Assembly (NCBI GenBank): GCA_963788875.1 | Contig: CAWBIQ010000014.1 | Span: 11,113 to 75,112, forward strand | Length of the DNA: 64,000 nt | Source: an uncultured Actinomycetes bacterium | GTDB lineage: Bacteria > Actinomycetota > Thermoleophilia > Gaiellales > Gaiellaceae | Direction: 5' to 3' | Part shown: positions 39,678 through 47,380 of the stretch, in pieces | Numbering within the stretch: the first letter of the stretch is position 1 | How the letters are laid out: each line of letters begins with the position of its first letter | The notes under the pieces: model-generated | Told to the model about the DNA's origin: nothing | Seen by the model: only the letters and a program-made list of their open reading frames with translations | Database searches by the model: none | Position numbers and translations under genes: made by a program

Positions 39678-40400
39678 TTACGGCACGCGCCCGACGAAGA
39701 TGCCCCAGCCGAAGAGCGCACGCTCACGGCGCAGGTACGCCTCGCGCTGCGCCTCGTGGCGCTCGCGGATCGCGACCGAGTCCTGCTCCCGCGGATGCTC
39801 CGCGAGCCACTCCTCGAGCGCGCGCCAGTGCAGCGACTCGTACGTGTCCCAGTCGTCCTCCGAGGAGGCGATCAGCGTCACGAGCGCGAGGCCTGCCGCC
39901 TCGACGCGGGCGACCGTCTCCCGGAGCGGTACATAGCCGTCGTCGTCGACCCCCTCCGGCAGCGGCCAGGCGCGCCAGAACGGCTCGCCGACGACGACGT
40001 GGCCGCCGGGTCGCACCGCCGGCACGAGCGCCGCCAGCGTCCCTTCGAAACCGTGCCAGACGAAGCTGGCGCCGAGGCAGAGCGCTGCGTCCCACGCGCC
40101 GGGCTCGAGCGTGAAGGCGGCCGCGTCTCCCTCGATGATCTCGATCCGATCGGTGAGCCCCGCCGCCTGCACGCGCTCACGGGCGACGGCGGCGAACTCC
40201 GGCGCCCGCTCGACGCCGACGACCCGGCAGCCGAACGTACCGGCGAGCAGCAGCGCGGGGCCGGCCTTGCCGCAGGCGAGGTCGACGACGCGGCTCTCCG
40301 GAGTGAGGCGGAGGCGCTCGCCGAGCAGCCGGATCTTCTCCGGGCTGGTCGGGTTCTGGAGCTCGTGGTCGCGCTCTGCGACGTCGAAGTACCAGGGCAT
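39678..40400 (-). CDS. Class I SAM-dependent methyltransferase
   Basis: SAM motif I VVDLACGKAGPALLLA..CRVVGVE, and post-I/II WDAALCLGASFVW and LVPAVRPGGHVVV. TAGGCT-N6-ATG start. Confidence 0.75.
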   Translation of the reverse strand: MPWYFDVAERDHELQNPTSPEKIRLLGERLRLTPESRVVDLACGKAGPALLLAGTFGCRVVGVERAPEFAAVARERVQAAGLTDRIEIIEGDAAAFTLEPGAWDAALCLGASFVWHGFEGTLAALVPAVRPGGHVVVGEPFWRAWPLPEGVDDDGYVPLRETVARVEAAGLALVTLIASSEDDWDTYESLHWRALEEWLAEHPREQDSVAIRERHEAQREAYLRRERALFGWGIFVGRVP

Positions 40401-40484
40401 GGGTGAAGCCTACGTACTCGGCCGCAGCGTGTCTGGGTCGACGCACGGATGCCGGGGGCTTGTGCCTGGCGTGACGATACGGTC

Positions 40485-41855
40485 ATGAACGCTCCCCCGT
40501 ACAAGATCAAGGTCGTCGAGCCGATCACGCTGCCGGATGCGGAGCGCCGGCGCGAGGCGCTCGCGGCGGCCGGCTACAACACGTTCCTGCTCCGCTCGGA
40601 CGACGTCTTCGTCGACCTGCTCACCGACAGCGGCACCGGCGCCGTCTCGCAGGAGCAGCGCGCCGCAATGGAGCTCGGCGACGAGTCGTACGCCGGCTCC
40701 CGCAGCTTCTTCCGGCTCGAGCGCGCCGTGCGCGAGGTCTACGGCTACAAGCACGTCGTCCCGACGCACCAGGGCCGCGGCGCGGAGCATCTGCTCGCGC
40801 GCGTGCTCGTACGCCCGGGGCAGCTCGTTCCCTCGAACCTCTACTTCACGACCTCGCGGGTGCACGCCGAGCTCGCGGGCGGGATCTGGACCGACGTCTC
40901 GATCCCCGAGGCGCGCGACCCGGAGTCCACGCATCCGTTCAAGGGGAACATCGACGTCGCGAAGCTCGACGAGCTGCTCCGGCGGCAGGGTCACGTCCAC
41001 GTCGCGTTCGTGCGCCAGGAGGCGTGCCTGAACATGGCCGGCGGGCAGCCGTTCTCGATCGAGAACCTCGCCGAGGTACGCGCGCTGACGCTCGACCACG
41101 GCGTGCCGTTGATCCTCGATGCGACGCGCAGCTCGGAGAACGCGCTCTTCGTGAAGCGGCGCGAGCCCGGCTACGCGCAGCGCTCGCTGCCGGAGATCAT
41201 CAAGCTGATCGCCGATCTCAGCGACGGCGCGATCTTCTCGTCGAAGAAGGACCACTTCGTGCCGATCGGAGGACTCGTCGCGGTCAACGACGACACGCTC
41301 GCCGAGCGGCTTCGCGAGCTCGTCGTCGTGTACGAGGGCTTCCCGCACTACGGCGGCATGTCGGGCGCCGCCATGGAGGCGCTCGCACAGGGGATCCACG
41401 AGGCGGCAGACGAGCGCATCGTCGGGCACTACGTCGACCAGGTCGCGTACCTCGCGTCGCTGCTGCGCGAAGCGGGCGTGCCGATCGTGCTGCCCCCGGG
41501 CGCGCACGCCGTGTTTCTCGACGCGAAACGCTTCCTGCCGCACCTTTCGCAGGAGCAGTTCCCCGCACAGGCGCTCGCCGCGGCGATCTACCTCGCCGGC
41601 GGCGTCCGCACGATGGAGCGGGGGATCGTGTCCGGCCAGCACGGCAGCGACCCGTACGACGGGCTCGAGCTCGTCCGGCTGACGCTGCCGCGCCGCGTCT
41701 ACACCCAGGAGCACCTCGCGTACGTGGCGGAGGTGGTCGCCGACCTCTACGCCCACGCGCGCGCCGTGCCCGGCCTGCGCATCACGTACGAACCGGAGCA
41801 CCTGCGCTTCTTCCAGGCGCGCTTCGAGCCCCTCGCGGCGTTCGCGGTCGTCTAG
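40485..41855 (+). CDS. Beta-eliminating lyase, tryptophanase / tyrosine phenol-lyase family (PLP-dependent)
   Basis: YKIKVVEPI, AGYNTFLLRSDDVFVDLLTDSGT, GDESYAGSRSF, THQGRGAE, NLYFTTSR, and SSKKDHFVPIGG (PLP lysine region). GACGAT-N6-ATG start. Confidence 0.8.
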   Translation: MNAPPYKIKVVEPITLPDAERRREALAAAGYNTFLLRSDDVFVDLLTDSGTGAVSQEQRAAMELGDESYAGSRSFFRLERAVREVYGYKHVVPTHQGRGAEHLLARVLVRPGQLVPSNLYFTTSRVHAELAGGIWTDVSIPEARDPESTHPFKGNIDVAKLDELLRRQGHVHVAFVRQEACLNMAGGQPFSIENLAEVRALTLDHGVPLILDATRSSENALFVKRREPGYAQRSLPEIIKLIADLSDGAIFSSKKDHFVPIGGLVAVNDDTLAERLRELVVVYEGFPHYGGMSGAAMEALAQGIHEAADERIVGHYVDQVAYLASLLREAGVPIVLPPGAHAVFLDAKRFLPHLSQEQFPAQALAAAIYLAGGVRTMERGIVSGQHGSDPYDGLELVRLTLPRRVYTQEHLAYVAEVVADLYAHARAVPGLRITYEPEHLRFFQARFEPLAAFAVV

Positions 41856-42029
41856 GCGCCGATCGACACGCGAGCCGTCGGCCGGGCAGGACTCGGCCGG
41901 ACGGTCCGAGCCTGCTCGTCGAGAACGGCGAGCGCGCGGACGAGCTTCGCGACCGTGCGGACGTCCCGGCGGCGAGACAGGCGCATGGAGGCGAAGATTC
42001 GCGCCTCCGGCCGCCGTTCCTGCCCGGAG

Positions 42030-42035
42030 TACAAT
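42030..42035 (+). promoter_or_regulatory. -10 hexamer TACAAT, 6 nt before ATG 42042 (rel)
   Basis: TACAAT-ttgcag-ATG with no SD. This is the best -10 match in the window. Confidence 0.55.
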
Positions 42036-42041
42036 TTGCAG

Positions 42042-44252
42042 ATGGCAACGCTGGAGACGGGCGAACGACATCACGGCCTGCTCGTGGCGCTGCTCGCCGA
42101 GGTCGAGAACTACAGCACCTCGATCGACCGCGACCTCGTCACGCGCGCCTTCTCCTTCGCCGCTGCGGCCCACGAGGGGCAGCAGCGCCGCTCCGGCGTG
42201 GACTTCATCGAGCACCCCGCAGGGGTCGCGCGCATCTGCGCCGAGCTGCGCCTCGACGAGCAGACGATCGCGGCCGCGCTCATGCACGACGTCGTCGAGG
42301 ACACGGACACCGACATCGACGAAGTCCGCGCGGAGTTCGGCGACGAGATCGCGCGTCTCGTCGAAGGCGTCACCAAGCTGACGAGAATCAGCTTCCAGAG
42401 CCGCGAGCAGGCCGAGGCCGAGAACTACCGCAAGATGATCGTCGCGATGTCCGAGGACGTCCGCGTGATCCTCATCAAGCTCGCGGACCGGCTGCACAAC
42501 ATGCGCACGATCGAGTACCTCGGCAAGCAGAAGCAGATCCAGAAGGCGAAGGAGACGCTCGAGGTCTACGCCCCGCTCGCGCACCGGCTGGGCATCCACG
42601 CGCTCAAGTGGGAGCTCGAGGATCTCGCCTTCCACACGCTGCATCCGCGCAAGTACGAGGAGATCACGACGATGGTCGCCGAGCGGCGGGCCGACCGCGA
42701 GGGGCACGTCGCCGAGGCCTCGGACGTGCTCGCCGTCGAGCTCGCGAAGGTGGACATCCCGGCCGAGATCTCCGGCCGCGCGAAGCACTTCTACTCGATC
42801 TACGACAAGATGGCGAAGAAGGGGCGCGAGTTCAACGAGATCTTCGACCTCACCGCGATGCGCGTGATCGTCGAGCGCGACGGCGAGGAGGGGACGCGGG
42901 ACTGCTACGGCGCCCTCGGCCTCATCCATTCGTTGTGGAAGCCGATGCCGGGCCGCTTCAAGGACTACGTCGCGATGCCGAAGTTCAACGGCTACCGCTC
43001 GCTGCACACGACGGTGATCGGCCCCGAGGGCCGGCCGCTCGAGATCCAGGTGCGCACGCGCGAGATGCACGAAACTGCCGAGCTCGGAGTCGCAGCACAC
43101 TGGGCGTACAAGCGCGGCGGCAAGAGCAGCGCCGACGCCGAGTGGCTCTCGTGGGTGAAGACGCTGATGGACATCCACGCCGAGGAGGCGGATGCGCGCG
43201 AGTTCGTGAAGTCGTTCCGTACCGACCTCTTCGACGAGGAGGTGTTCGTCTTCACGCCGAAGGGCGAGGTGAAGACGCTGCCCGCCGGCGGGACGCCGAT
43301 CGACTTCGCGTACGCCGTGCACACGGACGTCGGCCACCGGACGGTCGGCGCGAAGGTGAACGGCCGCATCGTGCCGCTGCACTACAAGCTGCGCAGCGGC
43401 GACCGCGTCGAGATCCTGACCTCGAAGGCCGGGCGCGGCCCGTCGCGCGACTGGCTGTCGCTCGCCGCGTCGTCGCGCGCGAAGAACAAGATCCGGCAGT
43501 TCTTCTCGCGCGAGCAGAAGGAGGATCTCGAGGCGAAGGGCCGCGAGTCGCTCGAGCACGCGCTCAAGGCCCAGAACCTGCCGTACCGGAAGCTGGCCGG
43601 CTCCGCCGTGCTCGCGGGCGTGATCCGCGAGATCGGGCTTCAAGAAGGCGGAGGAGTTCTACGTCGCGCTCGGCTCGGGGAAGCTGACCGCCGCGAGCAT
43701 CGTCAACAAGGTGCTGCAGCGGTTGAAGATCGAGGAGGTCGCCCACGAAGAGGCGGTCACGCCGCGCAAGAAGCCGCGTGCGCGGGACGCACTCGCGAGC
43801 AACGACCTACGGCATCAACGTCGTCGGCGTCGAGGACGTCCTCGTGCGGCATCGCGAAGTGCTGCACGCCGGTGCCGGGCGACGAGATCGTCGGCTACAT
43901 CTCGCTCGGCAAGGGCATCACCATCCACCGCGGCGACTGCCCCAACGTCCGCTCGCTGATGCGGAACCCCGAACGATTCACGCCGGTCGAGTGGGAGGGC
44001 GGCACGACGCAGAGCTTCCGGGTGCAGATCGCGGTCGACTCGTGGGACCGCTCGCGGCTGCTGGAGGACATCGCCCGGACGTTCGCCGAGTACGGCGCGA
44101 ACATCGTCTCCTACGGCGGTGCGGTCGAGGACCAGATGGCGCGAAACTGGTACGTCGCGGAGGTCGGCGACGTCAAGGCGCTGCGCGGGCTGTTGACCTC
44201 CCTGCGCAACGTCGAAGGCGTCTTCGACGCGTACCGCGTAACCCCGTCGTAG
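42042..44252 (+). CDS. rel: Bifunctional (p)ppGpp synthetase/hydrolase RelA/SpoT homologue; contains three compensating single-base insertions
   Basis: HD domain (HEGQQRRSGVDFIEHP..MHDVVEDT), synthetase (DLTAMRVIV..YRSLHTTV..EIQVRTREMH), TGS (VFTPKGEVKTLPAGGTPIDFAY) and ACT (SFRVQIAVDSWDRSRLLEDI). The ORF stays open, but 43638-43850 is out of frame (see findings). Confidence 0.9.
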   Translation: MATLETGERHHGLLVALLAEVENYSTSIDRDLVTRAFSFAAAAHEGQQRRSGVDFIEHPAGVARICAELRLDEQTIAAALMHDVVEDTDTDIDEVRAEFGDEIARLVEGVTKLTRISFQSREQAEAENYRKMIVAMSEDVRVILIKLADRLHNMRTIEYLGKQKQIQKAKETLEVYAPLAHRLGIHALKWELEDLAFHTLHPRKYEEITTMVAERRADREGHVAEASDVLAVELAKVDIPAEISGRAKHFYSIYDKMAKKGREFNEIFDLTAMRVIVERDGEEGTRDCYGALGLIHSLWKPMPGRFKDYVAMPKFNGYRSLHTTVIGPEGRPLEIQVRTREMHETAELGVAAHWAYKRGGKSSADAEWLSWVKTLMDIHAEEADAREFVKSFRTDLFDEEVFVFTPKGEVKTLPAGGTPIDFAYAVHTDVGHRTVGAKVNGRIVPLHYKLRSGDRVEILTSKAGRGPSRDWLSLAASSRAKNKIRQFFSREQKEDLEAKGRESLEHALKAQNLPYRKLAGSAVLAGVIREIGLQEGGGVLRRARLGEADRREHRQQGAAAVEDRGGRPRRGGHAAQEAACAGRTREQRPTASTSSASRTSSCGIAKCCTPVPGDEIVGYISLGKGITIHRGDCPNVRSLMRNPERFTPVEWEGGTTQSFRVQIAVDSWDRSRLLEDIARTFAEYGANIVSYGGAVEDQMARNWYVAEVGDVKALRGLLTSLRNVEGVFDAYRVTPS

Positions 44253-44328
44253 GGCCGGGATTCCTACGGATGTAGGCCTCCGGGCCCCGTGCAACGCTCG
44301 GGGGGAGCCCTTGAGGAGGTAGAAGACG

Positions 44329-44838
44329 ATGGACGGGCCCCTGCTCGTCGCCTATGCGTCCAGCCACGGGTCGACCCGCGAGGTCGCCGAGGCGATCTGC
44401 AGTCCGCTCCAGGAGACGGGCCTGCGGGCGCACCTCCGGCCGGCGATGGATGTGCGCGACCTCGACGGCTACGACGCGGTCGTGCTCGGCGCCCCGCTCT
44501 ACATGGGCCGCTGGCACCGGCATGCCCACGCGTTCCTGCGCCGCCACCAGCGCGCGCTCGCCGGGAAGCCGCTCGCCGTCTTCGCGCTCGGGCCGATTCA
44601 CGACGACGTCGAGAAGGAGTGGTCGGACGCGCGCTCCCAGCTCGACGCGGCCATCGCCCGCCACGGGGTCGAGCCGCACGTCGTGGAGATCTTCGGCGGC
44701 CGGGTCGACCCGTCGCAGCTTCATTTCCCCTTCTCGAAGATCCCGGCAGGCGACGCCCGCGACTGGGACGCGATCGCCGCGTGGAGCGAGGCGCTGCCCG
44801 AGGCGCTCGGGCTCCGTGAGCTGCCCGTTCGGGTCTAG
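44329..44838 (+). CDS. Flavodoxin-domain protein (HemG/flavodoxin-like)
   Basis: SD GAGGAGG upstream. LLVAYASSHGSTREVAEAI, YDAVVLGAPLYMGRW and LAVFALGP. Confidence 0.7.
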   Translation: MDGPLLVAYASSHGSTREVAEAICSPLQETGLRAHLRPAMDVRDLDGYDAVVLGAPLYMGRWHRHAHAFLRRHQRALAGKPLAVFALGPIHDDVEKEWSDARSQLDAAIARHGVEPHVVEIFGGRVDPSQLHFPFSKIPAGDARDWDAIAAWSEALPEALGLRELPVRV

Positions 44839-44850
44839 CCGAGGCGGCCC

Positions 44851-44995
44851 CTCGAACGAGGGATCGACCTCGCCCGCCAGGGGGTACCCCCAATGGGGGA
44901 TAGAGGCGATGAGCCGTTTATCGAAGCCGTGCCCTTCACTCGAACGAGGGATTGGCGCCACCGTTCCGGCGTTCCCTGAAACGAGGGATCGACCT
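44851..44995. repeat. Three copies of a short hairpin-forming motif (CC)CTCGAACGAGGGAT(CGACCT) in a lower-GC non-coding stretch
   Basis: The copies are at 44851-44870, 44939-44953 and 44975-44995, plus GGGGTACCCC/CCCCCAATGGGGG palindromes at 44881-44900. They lie between convergent genes. A reverse-oriented core copy is at about 30563-30577. Confidence 0.6.
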
Positions 44996-45104
44996 GATTC
45001 GGGTATCGGATTACAACGTGTAGGGGGAGGCGGGCACTAAAGCTGCAGCGCCCGGTCGGCGAGGACTCGGCCGGGCGCGCAGCTCCCGCGCCGCGCTCTG
45101 CTTC

Positions 45105-45455
45105 CTAGGACTCCCAGGGCTCGCCGCCGGTGTCCCAGCCGACGAGGCAATGGCCGGCCACCAGCGCGGCCACACGCGCGAGGAAGGCGGCGTCCGCAGG
45201 CGGCGCGCCCTCCACGGCGAGTTCCGCGACGCGTGCGCCCTGCCACGCGACGGGCACGTGTGTGCGGGACTGCCCGGACGGCGTGCCGGCCTCGGGGCCG
45301 AGCGCGAGATCGTCCTCCTCGACGAAGAGGATGCCCGCCCACGGATAGCCTGCCTGCTCGTGCAGCGCTGCGACCACGCGGCGGAGGACGTCGTCGGCGT
45401 CGCCGCCCTCCTCGACGATGCCGTCGATCGCCTCGAGTGCGTCCGCCTGTGTCAT
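45105..45455 (-). CDS. Small hypothetical protein (116 aa), possibly GAF-like
   Basis: The ATG overlaps the upstream thioesterase stop (ATGA at 45452-45455). Sequence MTQADALEAIDGIVEEGGDADDVLRRVVAALHEQAGYPWAGILFVEEDDL. The domain call is weak. Confidence 0.5.
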   Translation of the reverse strand: MTQADALEAIDGIVEEGGDADDVLRRVVAALHEQAGYPWAGILFVEEDDLALGPEAGTPSGQSRTHVPVAWQGARVAELAVEGAPPADAAFLARVAALVAGHCLVGWDTGGEPWES

Positions 45456-45877
45456 GCCTCGGCGTCGTCCGCCTCGAACGCGAGGACGCGCGCCCGGTAG
45501 TCGTCCGGCACGGCGCACGCGCGCCGCTCCGCGAGATCGACGTAGACGAGAGTCTGGTGCGCCGTGACCATCAGCTCGTCGTCCTGCACGCGGTACGCAG
45601 CGAACTCGAACGTCACGCTCGTTCGTCCTACGCGCGCGACACGGGCGAAGATCTCGACCTCGTCGTCGAAGACCGCCGGTGCGAAGTACTCGACATTGTT
45701 GGCGCGCATCACGAACTCGCCCGGTCCGTGCCGGCGCAGGAGCCCGAGGGTGCGGTGGTACTCGACGCGGGCGAGGTCGAAGTAGGGGTTGTAGCGCCCG
45801 TAGTAGACGATCCCCTGTGCGTCGGTGTCCGAGAAGCCGACGCGCGTGCGGGCGCTGAGCTTGAACGGCGGCTTCAT
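45452..45877 (-). CDS. Acyl-CoA thioesterase, 4HBT/YbgC family
   Basis: RVGFSDTDAQGIVYYGRYNPYFDLARVEYHR and VEIFARVARVGRTSVTFEF. The start was chosen at MKPPFK and is uncertain. Confidence 0.75.
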   Translation of the reverse strand: MKPPFKLSARTRVGFSDTDAQGIVYYGRYNPYFDLARVEYHRTLGLLRRHGPGEFVMRANNVEYFAPAVFDDEVEIFARVARVGRTSVTFEFAAYRVQDDELMVTAHQTLVYVDLAERRACAVPDDYRARVLAFEADDAEA

Positions 45878-45975
45878 CCGCGGCGCCCGTCGAGGCGGAG
45901 CGGTCGCGAAGGATCCCATTGAGAGCCGCAACGGCGGCGCAGGACGAGGAGCATCGCCACGCTGCTGTTCTACCG

Positions 45976-47320
45976 CTACGAGCGGATAAGCGCCAGCACC
46001 TCGTCGCGCTTCGCTTCCATCAGCTCACGCGAGCGCGCCTCGAGGTTCAGGCGCAGCAGCGGCTCCGTGTTCGACGGGCGCACGTTGAAGTGCCAGTCGT
46101 CGAAGTCGACCGAGAGCCCGTCGAGGTGCGTGACGCGGCCGCCCTGGCCGAAGTGCTCCTTCAGCTCCTGCAGCTTCAGGGCCACGTCGCCGACCGGCGT
46201 GTTCAGCTCGCCGGTGATGAAGTAGGTCTCCCGGAAGGCGCGCAGGAGCTCGGAGAGAGGGCGGCCCGCCTTCGAGATCACCTCGAGCATCATCAGGAAC
46301 GGCACGACCCCGGTGTCGGCCTGCGAGAAGTCGCGGAAGTAGTAGTGCCCCGACACCTCGCCTGCGAAGGCGGCGTCCTCCTTGCGCATCCGGTGCTTGA
46401 TGTACGCGTGGCCGACTCGGTTGGCGAGCGGGACACCGCCGGCCCGCGTGATCGTCTCCGGCACCGCCCAGCTCGCACGAACGTCGTAGATGATCCGCGC
46501 CCCCGGCTCCTTCGCGAGCACGGACTCGGCGAACAGCGCCGTCGCGAAGTCGCCCGGCACGAACTCGCCCGTGTTGTCGACGAAGAAGCAGCGGTCGGCG
46601 TCGCCGTCGAACGCGACGCCGAGGTCTGCGCCCTCCTCGAGCGTCTTCGCAACGATGAACTCGCGGTTCTCGGGCAGGAGCGGATTCGGCTCGTGGTTCG
46701 GGAACGAGCCGTCCGGCTCGAAGAAGCAGCGCACCACCTCGACGGGGAGCCGTTCCAGCACGGGCGGCAGCATCGCGCCGGCCATCCCGTTCGCCGCGTC
46801 GATCACGACACGCAGCGGCCGCAGCGCGGACACGTCCACAAACGACGTCACCCGATCGACGTATGCCGGCCAGACGTCGTACGGCGTCACCGTCCCCGCC
46901 GGCCCTGTCCGGCTCCCGGGCGCCGGCCAGGGCCCGGTCGCGCACGTCGAGCAGCCCCGACTCCCCGCCGACGGGCAGCGCCCCGCGGCGGACGATCTTC
47001 ATCCCCGTGTACGCCTTCGGGTTGTGCGACGCGGTGACGACGATGCCGCCGTCGAGCCCCAGCTCGCCGACCGCGAAGTAGAGCATCTCCGTCCCGATCA
47101 GGCCGAGGTCGAGCACCTGCGCGCCGGCCTCCGCCGCCCCGCGCATGGCCTCCGCCTGCATCGACGGCCCGGAGAGCCGCATGTCGCGCCCGACCGCCAT
47201 CCGCTTCGGCTCGAACTGCTCGACGTAGGCGCGTCCGATCGCGTACGCGCCCTCCTCGTCGATCTCCGCCGGATAGAGCCCGCGGACGTCGTACGCCTTG
47301 AAGACCTTGGGCTCGAGCAC
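45976..47320 (-). pseudogene. Phosphomannomutase/phosphoglucomutase, one frameshift
   Basis: The N-terminal part VLEPKVFKAYDVRGLY..GIVVTASHNPKAYTGMKIV is in the frame of ORF 46025..49942. The remainder (DAANGMAG..GVAFDGDADRCFFVD..GGEVSGHYYFRDF..RPSNTEP) is in ORF 45976..46890. One surplus base lies near 46893-46896. TAGCAT-N7-GTG 47320. Confidence 0.85.
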
Positions 47321-47380
47321 GCCCCTGATGCTATGGAAAACGGCGCGGTAGCCGAGACCCTGGCGACTACCATACCGGGG

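Noticed and set aside
40410-43643. Very long minus-strand ORFs: 40410..43643 (1077 aa), 46025..49942 (1305 aa), 33252..36122 (956 aa), 28308..30566 (752 aa), 971..3022 (683 aa), 9324..11420 (698 aa), 14790..16904 (704 aa) and 17830..20043 (737 aa)
   Set aside because: They lie antisense or out of frame to genes with clear family motifs, and their translations are Arg/Ala/Gly/Pro-rich. Stop codons are rare at about 70% GC. Only small portions are real: 46890-47320 of the 46025 ORF is the PMM N-terminus, and parts of the 28308 and 33252 ORFs coincide with minus-strand membrane genes.
44851-44995. Possible degenerate CRISPR array (three similar ~20-nt repeats)
   Set aside because: Only three imperfect copies with irregular spacing (about 68 and 21 nt between them). 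The repeats are too short, there are no cas genes and there is no leader.
47333-47380. ATG 47333 as the start of the cyclase-AAA-TPR gene
   Set aside because: That ATG lies within the -10 box (TAGCAT, 47328-47333) of the divergent PMM gene. GTG 47381 has its own TACCAT-N7 box and sits directly at the start of the cyclase domain (ERKLATVLFVDL).
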